This document shows, in pieces, positions 54,341 to 64,000 of a DNA stretch of 64,000 nucleotides. Below the pieces are notes generated by a model. That model did no database searches. It was not told the origin of the DNA and saw nothing but the letters and a program-made list of their open reading frames with translations. This DNA comes from Octopus vulgaris (taxonomy: Eukaryota). How positions within the stretch are numbered: the stretch's first letter is position 1; each line of letters opens with the position of its first letter. A program made the position numbers and the translations under genes. The stretch lies in contig OX597842.1 in assembly GCA_951406725.2 (NCBI GenBank), positions 7,750,001-7,814,000 of the forward strand. Direction: 5' to 3'.

Positions 54341-54825
54341 ATATTAAATTAGAGACAAAACCACTATTAGGCAAATCAAATTTGGATTAATTCCCTAATA
54401 TTTATTATTGTTAATTTATATATATATTTAATACATTAATTTATTTATAGATTTTTAGAAAAACGTCTATTTATTCATATATTTCTAATGTATCATGCAT
54501 ATACTTGTTCTGTAAATTAATCTGAAATCCGTGTCATGTTTCTGGATTAAATTACCTGGTCTTACATTTCTTCATATTATATATATTTTTATCTTTTGTC
54601 TCAAGTTCCTCTTGAGCACTTCTAAGTGCAAACCTCAACATTGTCAGAGAATTTCTGATTAATCATATTCTTTCTCAAAACAGTTATATATATATTTATA
54701 TATATATATGTGTGTGTGTGTGTGTTCGTGTCTGTATAGGATTTGGATGCTTTTCTTACAATAAATCCTTAAGCATTTCCATTAGTTGAGAAGCAAGCTT
54801 CTTACCACGCAGCCACGCTTGCACC

Positions 54826-55038
<213 letters not shown>

Positions 55039-55133
55039 TGGCCTACCAATGTATACTATGAGTTTCTTTGCCCTAGGAGTCGGGAAGACACTCGGCAAGA
55101 AATGGAAGCAAATTTGAAAGAAGAAAAAAAAAA

Positions 55134-55173
<40 letters not shown>

Positions 55174-55359
55174 TAATAATAATAATCCTTTCTACTAAAG
55201 GCACAAGGCCTGAAATTTGTACTCAACTTGTACTTATTTCGTCGACCCCGAAAGGATGAAAGACAAAGTTGACCTCGGTGGAATTTAAACTAAAAATGCA
55301 GTGACAGGTGAAATCATTTTGTCCAGCGTGCTGCGTTTCTATATATATATATATATATA

Positions 55360-55760
55360 TATATAGATATAAAAATTCTATAATATGAGTATAATTATAA
55401 TTAGGGTTCAGCAAAAATTTGCTTCACCACATACCAAAATTTAGAAATAGCAGTCAAGCTACTATTTTATTTTTCTACTTTACCTGTGTGAGTTGTTGAG
55501 TATTGCTGTATGGGGACAATAATACTCAACAACTCATAATTTTCTTATGGTAGTAAAATAAAATAGTAGTTTGACTGCTATTTCTAAATTTTGGTATGTG
55601 GTGAAGCAAATTTTTGCTGAACCCTAATTATAATTATACTCATAATTACAAAATTTTTGTATAAGTTTACCGATAATGGTTCTTTTAACATAACAAACTC
55701 CTTGGTAAAATTATTAATTATTAATTAATTAGTTAATTTTAGCCTTTATTATTATTGGTA
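55360..55760. mobile_element. Palindromic TA-embedded module
   Basis: Inverted arms at ~55365-55480 and 55550-55665 (gcttcaccacataccaaaatttagaaatagcag). Same family as 42100-42360. Confidence 0.6.
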
Positions 55761-56088
55761 TATATAGATATATATATAAAAATAGAACAAAAATGCAAGA
55801 GTGGGCATCAAAATGTTGGACAGATAGACAATACAAAGGTGGACAAGAGAAACACACACACACACATATGTATATACATATTAATAGAATATAAAAGGGA
55901 TAAGTTTTTCTGTCGGATACCATATTATCTCTCAAAATGGTTTAGATGCTGGCTATCCACAGCAGCCGGTATATGGTATTCAAGCTTAGAGAGAGATACT
56001 GGTACTAGTGAACTTCACTCATTGGGTAATTCCATGTTCCTGTTCAGAACTGCAAATATTTCATATACATACATATATATATATATAC

Positions 56089-56652
56089 ATGCAAAACGCC
56101 CCCCCCACCCCGCCTGTCCAATGGACGGTGCTGAATCATATCTGCCGAATAAAAAACAATCAGTGTTTTCTTTTCATTAAAAAATAATTAAGCATATCTT
56201 TATTTCAATAAAATTTTTGGTTTTGTTAAATGAAGTTAAGGCAAGAAAAAAAAAACTTCTTGAGAAACCAAATAGTCTTTTCTTCCTTCATGCCAAGTTT
56301 GAAGAAAATATTGCTTTTGCATCTACTTTTTTGGTCTCTGAAATATACTGCATTTTGTGACATTATTTCAAGCCAGCCTTCTTTTTTTGCGCAAACTGCA
56401 CGTGCATTTTTCTCGCGCAAGCATAGTATCGATTGCAACAGCTGATGTACTTGCGCATACAAATGCACGTTCCCACGGCTTTATCGATCGCATTCACAAC
56501 TGGAATCGATTTTTGTAATTTTTTCAAGACTTATATACGCCCTGATACCGTCAGTATCTACACATCAAATTTGAGCGCAATCGGATGGAGGATGCTCGAG
56601 ATCCTAGAAGACACAGACAGACAGACAGACAGAACGGATTTTATATAAGAGA
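56089..56652 (-). mobile_element. Possible non-autonomous Helitron-like element (5' part)
   Basis: The minus strand begins A|TCTCTTATATAAAAT followed by (CTGT)n, an arrangement typical of microsatellite-carrying Helitron derivatives. The body is CpG-rich. A 3' hairpin/CTRR end was not found. Confidence 0.4.
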
Positions 56653-56787
56653 TAACAGAGAAGAAACAGAAAATGGAATTGATAGGATTCTTCATTCAGA
56701 ACCACTACAACTGTTTCACACCTGTAGCTTGTGAAATATGATGATGCACAATCAAATTGTCTTGCATCACAGGTGCTTCTATTCAAT

Positions 56788-57410
56788 ATCATCATCATCA
56801 TCATCATCATCATTGTTTAGCGTCCGCTTTCCATGCTAGCATGGGTTGGACAGTTCAACTGGGGTCTGGGAAGCCAGAAGGCTGCACCAGGCTCCAGTCT
56901 GATCTGGCAGTGTTTCTACAGCTGGATGCCCTTCCTAACGCCAACCACTCCATGAGTGTAGTGGGTGCTTTTTACGTGCCACCGGCACAGGTGCTAGATG
57001 AAACTGGCAAATGGCCACGATCGGAGGGTGCTTTTTACGTGCCACAGGCACAGAGGCCAGGCGAGGCTGGCAATGCCCACAATCGGATGGTGCTTTTTAC
57101 ATGCCACCGGAATGGAGGCCAGTTGGGGCAGCACTGGCAACGGCCACGTTCGGATGGTTCTCTTATGTGCCACCAGCAGTGGTATCACAGCTGCAATTTC
57201 CATTGATGTTGATTGATTTAGATTTGATTTTGATTTTCACTTGCCTCAACACATCTTCACAAGTAGAGTTTTGTGTCCCAAGAAGGAAAGGTATGCATAA
57301 GTGGACTGGCTACATCCCAGGTAGAGGCCACGGGTTATGATCTCACTTGTCCTGCCGGGTCTTCTCACACACAGCATACTTCCAAAGGTCTCGGTCTTCT
57401 GTCATTTCCT
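56788..57410 (-). mobile_element. Retroposon family D, longest copy
   Basis: (CAT)n tail at left and four internal gcttttta-c(g/a)tgccacc-like units. Confidence 0.75.
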
Positions 57411-58016
57411 CTATTTATATAATGTCTATGGAGACTACAGGATTCCTCAAGTATATCCAGTAGCATATGCATTTATACAGTATGGTGACATCAGATAGCC
57501 AATAACTGGACAAGCTTTACACAGCATTCTGCAATGTTTTTACCCAAATTTATCTTAACTACAAACACACAAACACACACACACACTTACACATACATAT
57601 AGATATAATATATATACAAGGGTCTCTCTCGTCATTAGACAATGTATGAGAGTTCAACAATTTCTTACCGAACAATCACACGGATGATTTCTTTATAGCA
57701 ATCAAATGTTTGTGTAGACATAAGCTCACTCCCTCCATCAGATCGACATTACCTCTGCAGGTGCTATAGGTGCCACATGTCAGAGGTAGAAATGATCGCA
57801 GAGCAAAATATAAAGAAGTGCTTTGCTCAAGAATACAACACAACGGTCAGATCTGCAATACCCTAACCATTAAGCCATGCGCCTTTATATATATATATAT
57901 ATATATATATAAATATATACATATATATATATACATATACATATATACATATATATATATATACATATACATATACATATACCTATATATATATATATAT
58001 ACATATATACATATAC

Positions 58017-58048
<32 letters not shown>

Positions 58049-58049
58049 G

Positions 58050-58092
<43 letters not shown>

Positions 58093-58123
58093 GTATGTAT
58101 GTATATATATATATATATGTATG

Positions 58124-58203
<80 letters not shown>

Positions 58204-58421
58204 GTACTTGTTTCAGTCATCTGACTGCGGCCATGCTTGAGCACTGCCTTTAGAGTGGTGAAAGAGTACAGCAGGGATCACCACCTCCTGCCGGAGCCTC
58301 GTGGAGCTTTTAGGTGTTTTTCGCTCAATAAACACACACAACACCCGGTCTGGGAATCGAAACCGCGATCCTCCGACCGCAAGTCCGCTGCCCTAACCAC
58401 TAGGCCATTGCGCCTCCACGC

Positions 58422-58457
<36 letters not shown>

Positions 58458-58462
58458 ATATG

Positions 58463-58543
<81 letters not shown>

Positions 58544-58564
58544 ATATATATATATATGCATATG

Positions 58565-58595
<31 letters not shown>

Positions 58596-58597
<2 letters not shown>

Positions 58598-58843
58598 CTG
58601 TAAAATAATATGTGACAATTACTCAATAGCCAAGATAAAACTCTGAGTTTCAGATGCCGAAGAGGAAATCTACAACACCATCTCTTCGGTTATCTGGTGT
58701 TGTGGATTTCCACTTCGGCACCCAAAACTCAGTTTTATCTTGACTATTGAATAATTGTCACATATTATTTTACAGATAAATTTCCTCTATTTACATAATA
58801 TTGAGGTCTCTTTCTTTCTTTTGTTACCTTACCGTTTTTACCA

Positions 58844-58846
<3 letters not shown>
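58596..58846. mobile_element. Palindromic hammerhead-bearing module (family also at 61110-61392, fragment 37728-37785)
   Basis: Inverted arms caatagccaagataaaactctgagtttc.../...aaactcagttttatcttgactattg, flanked by (TA)n. Confidence 0.6.
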
Positions 58847-58893
<47 letters not shown>

Positions 58894-58897
58894 ACGT

Positions 58898-59350
58898 AGG
58901 CATGATGTTTGCCATTCAACCTACATGGTCTTGGGTTAAGTCCTACTGTGTGACACCTCTGGGCTACTGAGAAAAGCCTTGTCAATGGATTTGGTGGATG
59001 GAAATTGAAAGAGAATCTTTGTGTGTGTGTGTGCATGCGTGTGTGTATATGTGCATGTATGTGTGCATGTGCATGCATGTGTGTGTGTGTGTGTGTGTAC
59101 ATATATATAGATACATAGATAAATATATTTATGTGCGTGCTTATATTTCTGTGTTTGTCCCCCACCACCGGTAAGGTGTGTCTATGTCCCTGTAACTTAA
59201 CGATTCAGCAAAAGCGACTGATAGAAGTTCCAGGATTTTTTTTAAAAAAACCCTAAAATAAGTAATATTGTCGATTCATTTGACTTAAAATTCTTCAAGG
59301 TAATGCCCCAGTATGGCCACAGTCTAATGACTGCAACAAGTAAAAAGAGA
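58898..59350 (+). mobile_element. SINE family A, diverged
   Basis: Degenerate head, internal TG repeat and tail. Confidence 0.65.
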
Positions 59351-59493
59351 AAAAGATTAAAAAAACGTATGTGTGAGTATATGCCGGTATGAATGTATAC
59401 AGATACATATATACATATATATACATACATATATACATATATATATGTATATATATCCGTAAATATGTATATATATATATAGACAAATATATA

Positions 59494-59565
<72 letters not shown>

Positions 59566-60013
59566 CATATACATATATATATATATATTTTTATTAAAAA
59601 TGGGTAAGGCTGGTTTATGGGATATATATATATATTATATATATATATATTATATATATATATATACATACACACACACATGTATGTATGTATATATGTA
59701 TGTACATAAGATAGCCAAAGTGAAGATGGTTACTGTTGTGTAACTTCTACACTCATGCCGATAATCGAATCATCAGTTAGTAGTACATAATATGTCCAAT
59801 ACTGTCGGCAACATTCTGTAGAAATTATTATAATATATATACATATATTTGCAATGCCATACACTGATATATATTATCTATATATTCACACACACACATG
59901 TATCATATATATATATATATATATATAATAGTGTGGTATATATATTGATAGACAGATAGATAGATATATAGATAGAGAGACAGATATACGGATATATGTA
60001 TGTTGATTGTTTT

Positions 60014-60057
<44 letters not shown>

Positions 60058-60107
60058 TATTTATTGGCTAAACTGGCAAAATGACCATTCTGAAATATAC
60101 CAATATA

Positions 60108-60145
<38 letters not shown>

Positions 60146-60353
60146 ATCCAAACAAGAAAACACAAAGAAAAAACAAAAATAACACAACAACGCGAGGATG
60201 TGGAACAAATAAAGTATTATTGGATGCTCAGCAAAGAAGGGAAGAAGGAGGGTTTAACGTTTCGAGCGGAGCTCTTCGTCGGAAACATAGGAGAAGGAAA
60301 AATCCAGAGAAGGGAAGACAGAGGAAAAAAATCGCCAACGGTACTCACGAGGT

Positions 60354-60401
<48 letters not shown>

Positions 60402-60495
60402 AGAGACAAACTGCTATTTAGTTATTCCTTCAATAGTGAAAAGATATTATTACTTAACTATTAATATTATACACACACACATACACACACACACA

Positions 60496-60529
<34 letters not shown>

Positions 60530-61292
60530 TGCGCATATACCATAGACATATTTCAGTTTCTGTCTATTAAATCCCCTCAAAAGGCTTTGGTCATCTTGAG
60601 GCTATAGTAGAAGATACTTGTCCAAGGTACCAGGCAGTGGAACTGAACCCTGAACCCTGAAACATTGGGTTGGGAAGCATGCTTCTGACCACACAGGACA
60701 CAAATGCATCCGGTACACTCTGAGAAGTGGTTGGCACTTGGAAAGGCATTCAACTGCAGAAACCAGAACATTGAACGTGGCACAGTCTTCTGACTTTCCA
60801 AACCCTGTCAACCCATCCAACCCATGCCAGCATGGAAACCAGACATAAAATGATGATGATGATGATGATGGTGACGTTGATGGTGATGATTATGATGATG
60901 ATACATTATGTTCATGCGTCTATGTGATTAATCAATGTCTTGCATCTACTTTCACACGCCGTGTAGTGGTGGCATTGAAGTTCTCAAGGCTGCGTTCTAT
61001 GGCCAGATGCCTTCTTTGGCATCGACCCAGTTAGTCATATCTTACAACACCCAGGGTCAGCTTGTATCTACTTGTGAGATGTAAGGTGATATGTATATAT
61101 ATATATATATTGGTAAAAGCGGTAAGATAACAAAAGAAAGAAAGAGACCTCAATATTATGTAAATAGAGGAAATTCTCTGTAAATTAATATGTTACCATT
61201 ATTCAATAGCCAAGATAAAACTCTGAGTTTCGGATGCCGAAGTGGAAATCCACAACACTATCTCTTTTTTTCATAGCGTTTTTCAGATGGCC

Positions 61293-61355
61293 AGATAACC
61301 GAAGAGATGGTGTTGTGGATTTCCACTTCGGCATCCGAAACTCAGAGTTTTATCT
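61293..61355 (+). ncRNA. Hammerhead-like motif (CCGAAGA core)
   Basis: agataa CCGAAGA gatg...catcc GAAA ctc-a-gag TT ttatct, with a 6-bp stem I. A related copy is at 58633-58695 (minus). Confidence 0.58.
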
Positions 61356-61970
61356 TGACTATTGAATAATGGTAACATATTAATTTACAGATATATATAT
61401 ATATATATATACATAATAGAAGAAATGAGGTACTCAGAAAATCGGATGGTTTTATATTTACAGATATTTATTTGTATATTACATGTTTTTATACATCATA
61501 TAACTTAGATCATGTATTAGCGCTTTCTCCCATTCTAGTGGGGTTTCCAATATATATATTTATATATACACACACGCACATACATATATATATATATGTA
61601 TATATACACACACACACACACATACACATACACATACATATATATATGTATATATATATGTGTATATATATATATATTAATGTTATATATACATACGTGC
61701 ATAAATAATACATTATATATATATATGTTATCAGGTAAGACTTCCAACAAGTGGAATAGCATTCACTCAGCTAAAAAAGTAAAGATAATGTTATAAGGAA
61801 ACCACAGTATTTTACAAGACCTGTGGTTGCCATTATAACATTATAAATATGTGTGTGTATATATATGAATGTGTGCATACACACACACACACACACACAC
61901 ACAGATCTATACAAATCAAATTTTTATATACTTAAGTGATAGTTTGCCCCTTGTAAATGTAGAATTATTA

Positions 61971-62051
<81 letters not shown>

Positions 62052-62052
<1 letters not shown>

Positions 62053-62315
62053 GGGAGTGAGCTGGCAGAATTGTTAGCATGCTGAGCAAAATGCTTCACG
62101 GTGTTTCATCTGCCTTTACATTCAGAGTTCAAATTCCACCGAGGTCGACATTGCCTTTCATCCTTTCAGGGATGATAAATTAAGTACCTGTTATGCACTG
62201 GGGTCAATGTAATTGAATATCTCCCTCCCACAAATTTCAGGCCTTGTACCTTTAGTAGAAAGGATTATTATTATTATCATCATCATCATCATCATTATCA
62301 TTATTATTATTATTA

Positions 62316-62362
<47 letters not shown>

Positions 62363-62555
62363 ATCAAGGCAGTGAACTGGAAGAATCGTTAGCACACTGG
62401 GGAAAATGCTCAGTGGCATTTCATCCGTCTTTAGGTTCAGGGTTCAAATTCTGCCAGAGTCGATAAAATAGGTACAAATGAAAACACTGGGGTCAGTGTA
62501 ATTGGCAAGGGCCCCGCCTCCAAAATTGCCGACCTTGTGCCAAAATTGGAAATCA
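62052..62555 (+). mobile_element. Two family B-related SINEs with (TTA)n tails (variant 3' end; another at 55185-55335, minus)
   Basis: gagctggcagaat(t/c)gttagca heads and ttcaaatt B boxes. Confidence 0.65.
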
Positions 62556-63266
62556 TTATTATAATCGTTATAAGTAGTAGTAGTAGTAGTTGTTGTAGTA
62601 GTAGTAGTTGTTGTAGAAGTAATGGTTGTAGGTGTAGGAGTAGTAGTAGTTGATGTAGTAGTAGCAGTAGCCATAGTAGCAATAGTAATGGTATCTCTAT
62701 GACAACTAGTGGCGATGCCAGTTGCGGTGCGATCGTTTCAGTCGATGGCATTAGCCATGGCAGTGCTTGCTTAGTGGTATTCGCGATGGTAGTGGTTGAA
62801 GTTGCAGTAGCAATGGTGGTGGTGGTGGTGGTGGTGTTAGTGTCAGTGGTAGTGGTGATGGAGGCAACAATAGTAGGTGTAGTAGCTGTCACGATGGTAC
62901 TGTCGGAATGGTATCGTTCTTGTAGCTCTCACTCTAGCAGTGGCGATGGTGGTGGTGGTGGTGTGGTGTTGGTGGTGGTGGAAGTGTCGATGGTGGTGGT
63001 TACCGTGGTAGCGGTAGTTAACGATGGTAGTTAAATTAATGCTAGTAGTTGTATCAACGGTGCTGGTGGTGGCGGTAGTGGCAGCTGTAGTTGCAGTGGT
63101 AGTATTAGTCTTAGTAGTAACTGACATGGTGGTGGTAGTGGTGGTGGTGGTAGTGGCAGGGGTAATGATATCGAGGTAATGTATAGCGTTTACATAATCA
63201 GTTCACATATTATTTACATATATATACACATACATATACATACATATATATATATATGTATGTATT

Positions 63267-63299
<33 letters not shown>

Positions 63300-63528
63300 A
63301 TACATATACATCTATATATATATCCATACATATATATATGTGTGTATATACATGTAAGCAAACATGCACAAAACACATACACACACGAGGATGCACACAT
63401 ACACAAACACTCACACACACACCACCACCACCACCACCACCACCACCACCACCACCACCACACAAACATGTACAACATTATGCCTTTGCAAATTTTGTCA
63501 GACCCAAGCAAGCATGGAATAGAGTATA

Positions 63529-63598
<70 letters not shown>

Positions 63599-63691
63599 TA
63601 GATAGATAGATGTACAGATATATATATATATACATACACACAGTGCTATATGTGATTTTATATATGCATATTGATTAATTAATATATCTAA

Positions 63692-63734
<43 letters not shown>

Positions 63735-63779
63735 AAATTCCAGGCTAGCAAAAAATTTAGAAAATTTTGAAAATGTACA

Positions 63780-63815
<36 letters not shown>

Positions 63816-64000
63816 GTAAAAATCATTAAAATAATAATTTATAGGAATGGTTAGCATGCGTGAAAAAAGTACATAGGCATAAATATTTTTATAATATATA
63901 TGAATGTATAAAAATTTACACACACAGAGAAACCCACTAAGTGGTCTTCCTGATGCTAAAAAGATCAGTCAAAATCCGAATCGACGAAAAAAACATTTTT

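Noticed and set aside
56960-57180. Regularly spaced GCTTTTTACGTGCCACC repeats resembling a CRISPR array
   Set aside because: The context is eukaryotic, the spacers are related to each other, there are no cas genes, and they are internal repeats of retroposon family D.

Overview
AT-rich, microsatellite-dense animal genomic DNA. The synapsin peptide and repeat landscape suggest a cephalopod, probably an octopus; this is an inference with no search run. The only host gene I can support is a synapsin on the minus strand, with coding exons 1-5 at 18271-17991, 8912-8855, 6700-6609, 3346-3196 and 2275-2186. All have GT-AG borders and matching phases, and the gene continues off the left edge. Exon 1 has no in-frame AUG after an in-frame stop and appears to start at an AUU codon (CAAA-ATT). 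Exon 5 has two tandem GTGAGT donors that add or omit VSNLW. The remaining ~45 kb upstream has no recognisable gene. It is filled with four or more SINE-like families, four copies of one mariner deletion derivative, piggyBac- and pogo-like MITEs, RTE/CR1/CRE/Penelope fragments and long simple repeats. A less obvious layer is a set of about a dozen type I hammerhead-ribozyme motifs in short, often palindromic, Penelope-LTR-like modules embedded in (TA)n tracts. Several look intact, including one in synapsin intron 1 and one ~1.5 kb upstream of the start; a degenerate one lies inside a tRNA-headed SINE. All folds and alignments were done by eye, and repeat boundaries are approximate.
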